A DNA stretch of 64,000 nt from Treponema denticola (GTDB taxonomy: Bacteria > Spirochaetota > Spirochaetia > Treponematales > Breznakiellaceae), in NCBI GenBank assembly GCA_020719845.1, contig DYPP01000003.1, forward strand, positions 46,810-110,809, in the 5' to 3' direction. The notes beneath the pieces are model-generated. The model saw only the letters and a program-made list of their open reading frames with translations. It was not told the DNA's origin and made no database searches. The position numbers and the translations under genes are program-made. The stretch's first letter is position 1. The number at the start of each line of letters is the position of its first letter. This document shows positions 52,926-61,031 of this stretch, piece after piece.

Positions 52926-53210
52926 ATGACGATTGATAGAATTGGTTCAGTAGACCCCCTTCAGAACGGCAAAAAGCCCGACAGGGCCGGCGCCGTTCGT
53001 CAAAACTCGGAACCCGACGCTGTTTCCCTTTCCACCGAAGCGGTGGAAAAGGGTGAGTTGTACCGGGCGATCGAGCTTGCGTCCGCCGCCGCCGACCTCC
53101 GCTCCGACCGCATCGCGGAACTCAAACAGCGGATCAACGACCCCGCGTATCTGAACGATACGGTGATTAAGACCACCGCCGACCGGATTCTGGACGCCTT
53201 CGGGCTGTGA
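52926..53210 (+). CDS. flgM: anti-sigma-28 factor FlgM
   Basis: 94 aa. The N-terminal half looks disordered, and the C-terminal helices read DRIAELKQRINDPAYLNDTVIKTTADRILDAF, which is typical of FlgM. Confidence 0.85.
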   Translation: MTIDRIGSVDPLQNGKKPDRAGAVRQNSEPDAVSLSTEAVEKGELYRAIELASAAADLRSDRIAELKQRINDPAYLNDTVIKTTADRILDAFGL

Positions 53211-53233
53211 GCTTTTAAAGACGGCAGCATGGA

Positions 53234-53262
53234 GGCGGAACCCCGGGTTCCGCCTTTTTTTT
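53234..53262 (+). terminator. rho-independent terminator after flgM
   Basis: The stem is GGCGGAACC (53234-53242) / GGTTCCGCC (53246-53254), followed by TTTTTTTT (53255-53262). Confidence 0.85.
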
Positions 53263-53299
53263 CTGAAAACGGCAAGGTTGCGGAAACGGGAGCGTCGGT

Positions 53300-54445
53300 A
53301 TGGCTGATATCGCCTTCAAATTGGACCCCAAGATCATTATAGGCACCGAAACGGTCAATCGGGTCGGGAGCCTCTGTTCTTCTTTCGGGAGCAGGGTCCT
53401 GGTGGTTACGGAACAGGTCCTGTACGAAAACCGGATCATCGAACGGGTGGTGCGGGTGCTGCAGGACGCGGGGATCGAAGCCATCGTGTTCGACGAGGTC
53501 CCCGCCCAGGCGACGGCGGAAGTGGCGAATTCCGCGGCCGAGCTGGCCCGGGGGGCGCGCTGTTCTTCGATTATCGGCCTGGGGGGCTTGAAGACCCAGG
53601 TCGTTTCCCGGTTGGCTGCCCTGCTTTTCGAGCCCGGTTCATACCTCTTCGACCTGCTGGATGGCGCCGAAACCGATAAATCCTTCTTGCCCTATATCGC
53701 CATTCCGACCACCGGACGGGATCCTTTTCTTTTTTCTGATCATTTTGTCGCCGTAGACCCGCGGGACCGCTCGGTAAAACTGGTCAAGTCGCCGACGGGC
53801 CTGTGTACGGCAGCCATCATCGACGGCGGTCTTTCCGAATCCTTGTCCGGCAAGTTTGCCGCGACCACGGCCTTTGACGGTTTCTGCGTGGCGGTGGAAG
53901 CGTATTGTTCCACCAAAAGCAATTTTTTATCCGACGCCATCCTGGAACAGTCTCTGGCCTTGTACGCCCGCATCATGGATTCCTATTCGGACAACCGGGT
54001 ATTCGACCTGGTCGGCGGTTCCACCCACGCGGGCTTCTTGATGGCCCTGGGATCTTCGATCAGCGCGCCCGGAATCGGCACCGCCCTGGCCTTTGCCCTG
54101 AACGGGCGGTTTCCGGTGGCCAAATCCTGGTGTTCCACCGTGTTGCTGCCCTACGTGCTGGAGCGCCTGGTGACGGCCCGGCCGGACCGGATGGCCAAGG
54201 TGGCGGCTTTGTTGGGCGAACCCGTGGAAGGCTCCGCGACGGCGGACGCCGCGGCGATGGCGGTGGAGGCCATTCGACGACGGATGGGGCTGCTGAAGGT
54301 TCCCGCGCGGCTGAAGGAGTTCGACCTTTCTCTGGACCGACTGGTTCCGGTGGCCGAATCGGCGCGCAACCTGGATTTTGTATCCTACTCTCCCCGGCCG
54401 GTCTCCACTGAGGATGCCTACGACATACTGAAGCAAGCCTACTAA
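53300..54445 (+). CDS. iron-containing alcohol dehydrogenase-fold protein (cofactor motifs appear degenerate)
   Basis: 381 aa with an Fe-ADH family layout (VLVVTEQVLYENRIIERVVRVLQDAGIEAIVFDEV...IIGLGGLKT...AIPTT). The GGGS and metal-binding His positions look substituted. Confidence 0.65.
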   Translation: MADIAFKLDPKIIIGTETVNRVGSLCSSFGSRVLVVTEQVLYENRIIERVVRVLQDAGIEAIVFDEVPAQATAEVANSAAELARGARCSSIIGLGGLKTQVVSRLAALLFEPGSYLFDLLDGAETDKSFLPYIAIPTTGRDPFLFSDHFVAVDPRDRSVKLVKSPTGLCTAAIIDGGLSESLSGKFAATTAFDGFCVAVEAYCSTKSNFLSDAILEQSLALYARIMDSYSDNRVFDLVGGSTHAGFLMALGSSISAPGIGTALAFALNGRFPVAKSWCSTVLLPYVLERLVTARPDRMAKVAALLGEPVEGSATADAAAMAVEAIRRRMGLLKVPARLKEFDLSLDRLVPVAESARNLDFVSYSPRPVSTEDAYDILKQAY

Positions 54446-54449
54446 GCCC

Positions 54450-55268
54450 ATGGTTCCGCTGCATAAACTTGCCCGGCTGCCGCGGCATCAACGGCTGAGA
54501 AAATGCGCCAAGATCCTGGAGGAATGGGAAAGAACGCTGCCGGCGGCTCCGGACGCACGGGATTTGCCGCCCTTCGAGTATCTGCAGGACCTTTTTGCCA
54601 TGCTCGCCGAAGACGGTGAATTCTCCTCTGCGGCTCGGCCGGCGTTGGCGGAAGCCAGCCAGGCCTTTTCCGCCCTGAGCGCCGTCGATCTGCCCCTGGT
54701 CAGAAGACACCTTAATACGGCCCGTCATATTCTGCTGACCGAAACCGGATGTACCGTAGCGGACTGGGATTTTATCGACGCCGCGGGCAGCTTGAGTCCG
54801 CAAAAACGCCGGGTGCTGTCAGGCGTGGGCGTATTTCTGGAGGATATCCGCTCCCCCTTCAACGTCGGATCTCTGTTCCGGAGCGCCGAATCCTTCGGCG
54901 TGGAGCGCCTGTATCTTTCGCCGCTCTGCGCCGATCCCCGTCATCCCCGGGCGTTGCGCAGCGCCATGGGTTGCGTGGACCTGGTTCCCTGGGAGCGAAG
55001 GGAACGGAATGAGCTGCCTTTTCCGGTTTTTGCGCTGGAAACCGGCGGTACGGACCTGGATTCGTTCGTGTTTCCAGCCCGGGCCACCCTGATCGTCGGT
55101 TCGGAAGAGCTGGGCGTACACCCGGCGTCGCTGGCCGCAGCGGACGCTTCCGCCGGCCGGGTCAGCATCCCCACCTACGGCGCCAAGGGTTCTTTGAACG
55201 TCGCCGTGGCTTTCGGCATCGTGATGCGTAGCTGGAGCGTGGCGCTGGAGCTCGGCGCTCCAGCGTGA
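54450..55268 (+). CDS. TrmH/SpoU-family RNA 2'-O-methyltransferase
   Basis: 272 aa. The C-terminal SpoU domain reads PFNVGSLFRSAESFG ... LIVGSEELGV ... IPTYGAKGSLNVAVAFGIVM. About 110 aa at the N-terminus form an extension. Confidence 0.8.
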   Translation: MVPLHKLARLPRHQRLRKCAKILEEWERTLPAAPDARDLPPFEYLQDLFAMLAEDGEFSSAARPALAEASQAFSALSAVDLPLVRRHLNTARHILLTETGCTVADWDFIDAAGSLSPQKRRVLSGVGVFLEDIRSPFNVGSLFRSAESFGVERLYLSPLCADPRHPRALRSAMGCVDLVPWERRERNELPFPVFALETGGTDLDSFVFPARATLIVGSEELGVHPASLAAADASAGRVSIPTYGAKGSLNVAVAFGIVMRSWSVALELGAPA

Positions 55269-55274
55269 CGCTGG

Positions 55275-56777
55275 TCAACGGTTCCGCTGATTTTCCCGCT
55301 TGAACCCGGAAGCAAAACGTTCGATCAGGGCTTCGATCTGCTTTTCCGAAGAAATCCCGAAGGTGGTCAGCGTTTTCCGGTCCAGCTGGTCAAAGGCCAC
55401 GTTCTTGTTTTCAAATTCGCACAGCATATTGGCCAGGTAGACCGTTTCCACCAGGTCTTTAACTTCCGCAGGAGCGACCGTCGGATCATGGTGCAGGCGG
55501 ATGGCGGCCACCAGGTTATCGGGGAAATTCCACTTTTCGGCGATCAGGGCGCCGATCTCGGCGTGGTTCATGCCGGCGGAAAGATCCTCAAAGGTGGCGG
55601 CGGGAATTTCCTTGTCCGTGCAGAAGGCACGGATCTTGTTCAACAGGTCGGGATGCACGTTGGCAAAGATGATTTTGCCCATGTCGTGCAGGATGCCGCC
55701 GACGTACGAGTCGTCCAGCAGATTGCGGTCCTTCCTGAAGTTCTTTGCCAGGTTATAGGCATAAAAGGCGGTGCGGTACGAATGTTCCCAGAGCGCCTTT
55801 TTATCAGCCGTATCGTCGCCCAGCAGTTTTTGGGTTCCATAGGAATACAAGAGGTTTTTGATGCCCCGGATGCCCACCATCTTGACCGCTTCCGAAATGC
55901 TGTCCACTTTTTTAGACAGCATGAACTGGGCGGAGTTGACGATCTTGAGCAGGTCGGCGGTCATGGCCGGATCCATGCTGATTTGGCGGGCGATGTCGGC
56001 CATTTCCGACTTGGGATCGTTGATCAGTTTCTGGATGACTACGATGTTCTCAGGAAACTGGGGCAGGCTGCTGACCTGGTCGACGATGGCGCGGGATAAA
56101 ACGGAAACGTTTTCTACCCGGGTCTGGTCGATGGGAATGGATACCCTGGCTACCGTCTCGGCTTCGGTCCCGAGTATGTCGAAGCAGTCTTCATCCAGGC
56201 CCACCTTTTTCAGCATGAGCACCAGAATGACCAGGCCGAGCCCGGCGCCTTCGGAATCGTCCAATACCTGGGTCAGGGCTTCTTCCAGAGAGTTGTATTG
56301 GCGCGAGCGGGCCAGCTTATCGTGGATGCGGATCAACTCGGTCTTGGTCACCGCGACGTTGTTGCGTATTTCCAGGTTGATGATATTGCCTTTGACGTGG
56401 AAGATCAGCTTGATGTACAAACCCTTGTCTTTCTGGAGTTGAAGGTAGTGGGCGATGTTTTCCAGCGTGTCGGTCTTGAAATTTTCCATCCCCGCCTTGT
56501 AATCTTCGGGCACGCTCAGATCAAGTCCGCGTTCCATAAAATAGACGCGTTTGGTATTGGCCTTTTTGGCGTTGACCGCCAGCTCGCGCACGCAGTAGCT
56601 CATATAGTCCTTCAGCTTTTCTTGACCCAGCTCCCGGAGAAAAGCCTCAAGAACCTGTTCGATGTACACTTCGATTTCGTGGGGAAGGGTATAGGTCGTA
56701 ATGGTCAAGGGAATGCCGGAGAGCACTGCCTTTTTAATCTTACTCACGTCGACGGTAAGTTCTTGCGCTGCAGCCAT
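55275..56777 (-). CDS. HDOD-domain protein with an N-terminal degenerate GHKL-like domain
   Basis: 500 aa. The N-terminal 210 aa have an N-box-like VRELAVNAKKAN and a G2-like DDSEGAGLGLVILVLML, but no DxGxG. The C-terminal HDOD domain reads LPQFPENIVVIQKLINDP...MDPAMTADLLKIVNSAQF...GILHDMGKIIF. Confidence 0.75.
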   Translation of the reverse strand: MAAAQELTVDVSKIKKAVLSGIPLTITTYTLPHEIEVYIEQVLEAFLRELGQEKLKDYMSYCVRELAVNAKKANTKRVYFMERGLDLSVPEDYKAGMENFKTDTLENIAHYLQLQKDKGLYIKLIFHVKGNIINLEIRNNVAVTKTELIRIHDKLARSRQYNSLEEALTQVLDDSEGAGLGLVILVLMLKKVGLDEDCFDILGTEAETVARVSIPIDQTRVENVSVLSRAIVDQVSSLPQFPENIVVIQKLINDPKSEMADIARQISMDPAMTADLLKIVNSAQFMLSKKVDSISEAVKMVGIRGIKNLLYSYGTQKLLGDDTADKKALWEHSYRTAFYAYNLAKNFRKDRNLLDDSYVGGILHDMGKIIFANVHPDLLNKIRAFCTDKEIPAATFEDLSAGMNHAEIGALIAEKWNFPDNLVAAIRLHHDPTVAPAEVKDLVETVYLANMLCEFENKNVAFDQLDRKTLTTFGISSEKQIEALIERFASGFKRENQRNR

Positions 56778-56879
56778 ATTACTTTTCCTTATCGCTTAAA
56801 CTCTTGCTACGACCGTAACAATATCTATCAGTATAACATCCTGAAGCGATGATTCGCAAGAACCAATCGTATCCGGCGT

Positions 56880-59300
56880 CTAAGTTTCGTAGCGGCGAAT
56901 GACGTCCGCCATCCGTTTGAGCTCCTGGGACACGATTCCGTTGACCGAACCGGCCGGATACTGGCCCTCCCGGTCCGGGGCGCCGGATTCCTTGCCCGTC
57001 AACACTTCCAGGGCCTGGTCGATGGTATCCACCCCGAAGAGGTGGAACTTACCGGCCCGGACGTCGTCCTTGACGGGCTCCGAGAGAATCACGTTCCGGA
57101 TATTTCGGCGGGGAATGATGACGCCTTGCGTTCCGGTCAGGCCCCGGCGGGCGCAGACGGCGTGGAAACCCTCGATTTTTACGGAAATTCCGCCTACGGG
57201 CTGCATGTCGCCCAACTGATTGACGCTCCCCGTCATCGCCAAATCCTGGCGTAGGGGAAGGCCGGAGATGGCGGAAATAATAGTGCACAGCTGTACCGCC
57301 GTGGCGGAGTCGCCGTCGATGGGCGTATACATCTGTTCAAAGCAGACGCTGGCGGTGATGGAGAGCGGATAGGTCCGGGCGTAGCGGCTCCGCAGGTAGC
57401 CGGAGAGTATCAGAACCGCTTTGTCGAAAATTTCACCCGACAAACCCGACTCGCCTTCGATATTGATGACCCCGCCGTCTCCGGGGGCTACCCGGGCGGA
57501 GACGACCACAGGCAGTCCGTAGGCGTAATAGCCCCGATCGTGGATGGCCAGGGCGTTGGCCTTGCCGACGGCGGATCCCGTCGACTGGAGGATGATTTCA
57601 TCGGAAAGAATCATGGCCTGTACGTTTTCTTCCGGCAGCTTATGCATGAAGGCGCGCATTTCGACCGCCCGGTGGATCGCCGCCGCGTCCAGTTCGGTTT
57701 TGCCGTCCTTACCGGCCCACCAATCGGCTTCGCGCAAAAGGTCGGTTATGCGGGAAAAACGGGTGCTGAGTTTTTCTCGCTGTTCCGTATCCCGCACCGC
57801 GCGTTCCAGCACGGCCTGGATGCCCGCCTGGTTGATCGGCCTGAGTTTTTCTTTGCCCACGATGGTGGCCAGAAAATCCGTATAGCTGCTGATGGATTCG
57901 GGGGTCAGATTCATGGAAGAGTCGAACTCGGCGCAAATTTTAAATAATTTCTGAAAATCCGGATCAATCTGGTAGAGAAGGTCGTAGCTGGATTCATCCC
58001 CGATCAGGACTACCTTGACGCGGATTTCCAGAGCTTCCGGTTTGATGAGCGCCGGCGCCTGGAAGGGGCCGCCGGGATTCTGGATTTCCACGATCCCTGT
58101 TTGCAGAACGCGTTTCAGGTAGGGCCAGGCTTCCTCATCGTTGACGATGTCTTCTGCCTTGATGACCAGGACGCCTCCGGCGGCTTTTAACAGACTGCCG
58201 CCCCGGATACGCAGATAGGAGGTGCGTACGTCCTCGGTGGCGGTGTTGGCGGCTTCGATGGTGCCGACCAAGTTGGACAGGGTGGGCCGGTTTTCAAAAA
58301 CAACCGGGCGTTGCCGGGTGTCGGTTCGATCGACGACGATGTTGACGCCGTATCGAGCCAAACCGGGATGCCGGCGATGACGTCCGGCTTGTTCCTGGTC
58401 AAGGCGATCCTGGGTAAAGTAGAACAAGTGGGCCAGGATGTCGTTTTCTAAAGACTCCAACCAGGCTCGGGGCTTTTTTTCCGTATAGATGGTTTTAAGG
58501 CTTTGCAGTTGCGCCCTGATCAGGGGGTCGATCATTTCCGAGGTCAAGCGGGCTACGCGCTTGTCCAGATCGGCGCGTTCTGCTTTGAGCGACTCGAAAA
58601 GAGCCTTCATCCGGTCCATCAGGGCATAATATTTTTCCCGCAGCGCATTCCATCGTTCCGTCGTCAGGCTCCCTGCGGCGACCATGCTCTGCAGGGAGTC
58701 AAAACTGGCCGGCGTACCGTTCAGCAGGGGCACGATATCGGTGGACTGGTCTTCGCCGTCCGACCTTTGTACGATCTGAAAGTCCGCAGTCAGCGCTTCG
58801 GATTCAAACTCGGCCAGTTTGCGATTTTCTTCCTTTTCCATCTGCGCCAGGAGGGCGCTCTTTTTTTCCTTGAATCCCGCGCTGTTTTGTTGCCTGAAAA
58901 ACAGCTTCTTGATGTCCTCTATCAGCGCGTGGATGTCCTGTTTGAAAGACCGGGCTGATCCGGCGGGGAAATAAAGGTAGCGCGGTTCCGAGGGGTTGGA
59001 GAAATTGGAAACATAAACAATATCTTGCAGGGTGGCGGTACTTGTTGTATAGTCGGATAATGCCTTGAGCAGGGCGGTTCGGCGGCCCGTTCCGGGTGCC
59101 CCCTGGATAAACACGTTGTACCCCTTGGCGGGTATGCCCAATCCAAGAGCCAGGGCCGCCATGGCCCGGACTTGGCCGATTATCGGGGTTTCGGTGTTTT
59201 CAACGACCGGTACGCCGACCGGGGCTATCGAAAAGAAGATTTCTTCCGGAGATAGTTCGTGGCTGGTGATGTTCAAGGAATATGCTCCTCTTCGTACCAA
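56880..59300 (-). CDS. Lon-like protease (LonC/COG1067 type: AAA-like domain with coiled-coil insertion + Lon Ser-Lys protease domain)
   Basis: 806 aa with a TTG start. The P-loop is GAPGTGRRT, with Arg in place of the Walker A Lys. A long helical insertion covers about aa 120-270. The protease domain reads PIDGDSATAVQL ... AMTGSVNQLGDMQPVGGISVKIEG. Confidence 0.8.
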   Translation of the reverse strand: MVRRGAYSLNITSHELSPEEIFFSIAPVGVPVVENTETPIIGQVRAMAALALGLGIPAKGYNVFIQGAPGTGRRTALLKALSDYTTSTATLQDIVYVSNFSNPSEPRYLYFPAGSARSFKQDIHALIEDIKKLFFRQQNSAGFKEKKSALLAQMEKEENRKLAEFESEALTADFQIVQRSDGEDQSTDIVPLLNGTPASFDSLQSMVAAGSLTTERWNALREKYYALMDRMKALFESLKAERADLDKRVARLTSEMIDPLIRAQLQSLKTIYTEKKPRAWLESLENDILAHLFYFTQDRLDQEQAGRHRRHPGLARYGVNIVVDRTDTRQRPVVFENRPTLSNLVGTIEAANTATEDVRTSYLRIRGGSLLKAAGGVLVIKAEDIVNDEEAWPYLKRVLQTGIVEIQNPGGPFQAPALIKPEALEIRVKVVLIGDESSYDLLYQIDPDFQKLFKICAEFDSSMNLTPESISSYTDFLATIVGKEKLRPINQAGIQAVLERAVRDTEQREKLSTRFSRITDLLREADWWAGKDGKTELDAAAIHRAVEMRAFMHKLPEENVQAMILSDEIILQSTGSAVGKANALAIHDRGYYAYGLPVVVSARVAPGDGGVINIEGESGLSGEIFDKAVLILSGYLRSRYARTYPLSITASVCFEQMYTPIDGDSATAVQLCTIISAISGLPLRQDLAMTGSVNQLGDMQPVGGISVKIEGFHAVCARRGLTGTQGVIIPRRNIRNVILSEPVKDDVRAGKFHLFGVDTIDQALEVLTGKESGAPDREGQYPAGSVNGIVSQELKRMADVIRRYET

Positions 59301-59351
59301 CTATCAGAGCAGCGAGCGTTCCCGTCAAGGGCGCGTTCAGGGAGGTTCAGG

Positions 59352-60125
59352 GTGATTTCTGTGGAAGACATCAACGGTCGTGTTCTTTATGAGGATCAGA
59401 ACCATAAGTTTATCTGGCTGGGCGCGGATCCCCAGGCTACATCCGGCGTGGTGCAGACCAACCAGTACCTTATTATTGATAACGGCCGCGGCGTGCTGCT
59501 TGATCCGGGCGGGATACACCTCTTTGCCCGGGTCGTCTCCATCGCCAGCCGGTATATTTCGCTGGACCGGATTGATTCGATCTTTTTTTCCCACCAAGAC
59601 CCGGACGTTTCTTCGGGGATCGCCCTCTGGCTCGGCGTGACCACCGCCAAGATCTACGTCAGTTCGCTCTGGCTACGCTTTCTGCCCCACTTCGGCATCG
59701 TCGACCAGACGCGGGTTATAGGAATCGAGGACTACGGTCCGGCGTTGAAGCTACCCAGTGGATCGTCTTTGCAATTTATGCCGGCGCATTTTCTGCATTC
59801 CACAGGGAATTTTTCCGCTTATGACGATACTTCGGGCATCCTGTTTTCCGGGGATATCGGCGCGGCGGTCTTTCCCGCAGGCATGGACCAGGTTTTCATC
59901 GACGACTTCAAAGCGGCTCTGCCCTACGTTGAACCCTTCCATCGGCGCTATATGGCCTCCAACCGGGCGACGTCGGCCTGGACCAAGCGGGCGATGGGCG
60001 TCAATCCGAAGATGATCGCCGCCCAGCACGGCGCGGTGTACCGCGGAGCCGCGGTGGCGGCTTTCTTGGCCTGGTTCGGCGCGCTTTCCTGCGGCATCGA
60101 CATCATCGAAACGATCTATACCTGA
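59352..60125 (+). CDS. metallo-beta-lactamase-fold di-iron protein, ODP (oxygen-binding di-iron protein)-like
   Basis: From ORF 59259..60125. The start is set at GTG 59352, which has GGAGG 6 nt upstream and avoids overlap with the lon-like gene. Flavodiiron-type ligand pattern: [37 protein letters not shown]. Confidence 0.65.
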   Translation: MISVEDINGRVLYEDQNHKFIWLGADPQATSGVVQTNQYLIIDNGRGVLLDPGGIHLFARVVSIASRYISLDRIDSIFFSHQDPDVSSGIALWLGVTTAKIYVSSLWLRFLPHFGIVDQTRVIGIEDYGPALKLPSGSSLQFMPAHFLHSTGNFSAYDDTSGILFSGDIGAAVFPAGMDQVFIDDFKAALPYVEPFHRRYMASNRATSAWTKRAMGVNPKMIAAQHGAVYRGAAVAAFLAWFGALSCGIDIIETIYT

Positions 60126-60129
60126 CAGG

Positions 60130-61002
60130 ATGGACACCATGACCGATGAATCATCCGTGTATGAAAATCATGACTTGGCGATCCGGGAATTCGCCAATCG
60201 GTATTACAAGAACATCGTGCTGCACACGGTCACCCAGAGCTCGATGGATATCATCGGCTACAACATCGAACGCATCGGTTCCAGCCTGAACACCATCGTC
60301 GCCGCGTTCGAAGAAATCCGGGCGACCAGCCACAACACCTCGGGCAACGCGGACCGCATCGATTCCATGATGGACGGGATTCTTTCCAAGAACGCCGAAA
60401 CCGGCGAAGCCATTACCCATCGGGTAAACGATATCGATCGGGCTACGGACGGCGCCGGACGCATCGGGACGCTGTTTACCGGACTGGCGGAAAAGGCCAA
60501 GGAGATCGCTTCCGTAACCGGCGCCATCCAGGACGTGTCGGACCGGACCAACATTCTGGCCATCAACGCGTCGATCGAAGCCGCCCGGGCCGGATCGGTG
60601 GGCAAGGGGTTCCGGATCATCGCCAATGAAGTGCGGGCGCTGGCGGGGCAGACCGGCGATTTTGCCAAAACCATCGAACGTTCCATCAAGGAATTTCAGG
60701 CCGTGGTCGGTGAAATTTCAGCCGAACTGGGCGGTTTTACTACTCTGCTGGGCTCGTTCCGGGAATCATTTGGCCAAATCCTGGACAGTTATCGGGACAA
60801 CGCCCAGAAAGTGGACGAGACCGGCGCCTTTTTAACCCAAATTTCCAGCTCCATTCATGAAGAGACCACCGCGCTCAGCGATGGTTTGCAGTCCCTGGAA
60901 TCCATCTCCGGTTCGCTCCAGGATACGCAGGTCGTATTTGGCGCTTTGTTGAAAACCTACGGCAATCTGGACCGCATTCTGGACCAGGAAGGCAGACGCT
61001 GA
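60130..61002 (+). CDS. soluble (cytoplasmic) methyl-accepting chemotaxis protein, signalling domain only
   Basis: 290 aa with no TM segment. It carries a canonical MCP tip, [38 protein letters not shown]. Confidence 0.85.
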   Translation: MDTMTDESSVYENHDLAIREFANRYYKNIVLHTVTQSSMDIIGYNIERIGSSLNTIVAAFEEIRATSHNTSGNADRIDSMMDGILSKNAETGEAITHRVNDIDRATDGAGRIGTLFTGLAEKAKEIASVTGAIQDVSDRTNILAINASIEAARAGSVGKGFRIIANEVRALAGQTGDFAKTIERSIKEFQAVVGEISAELGGFTTLLGSFRESFGQILDSYRDNAQKVDETGAFLTQISSSIHEETTALSDGLQSLESISGSLQDTQVVFGALLKTYGNLDRILDQEGRR

Positions 61003-61031
61003 CCGGGGCGGCGAGCGACGCTACGCAAGAA

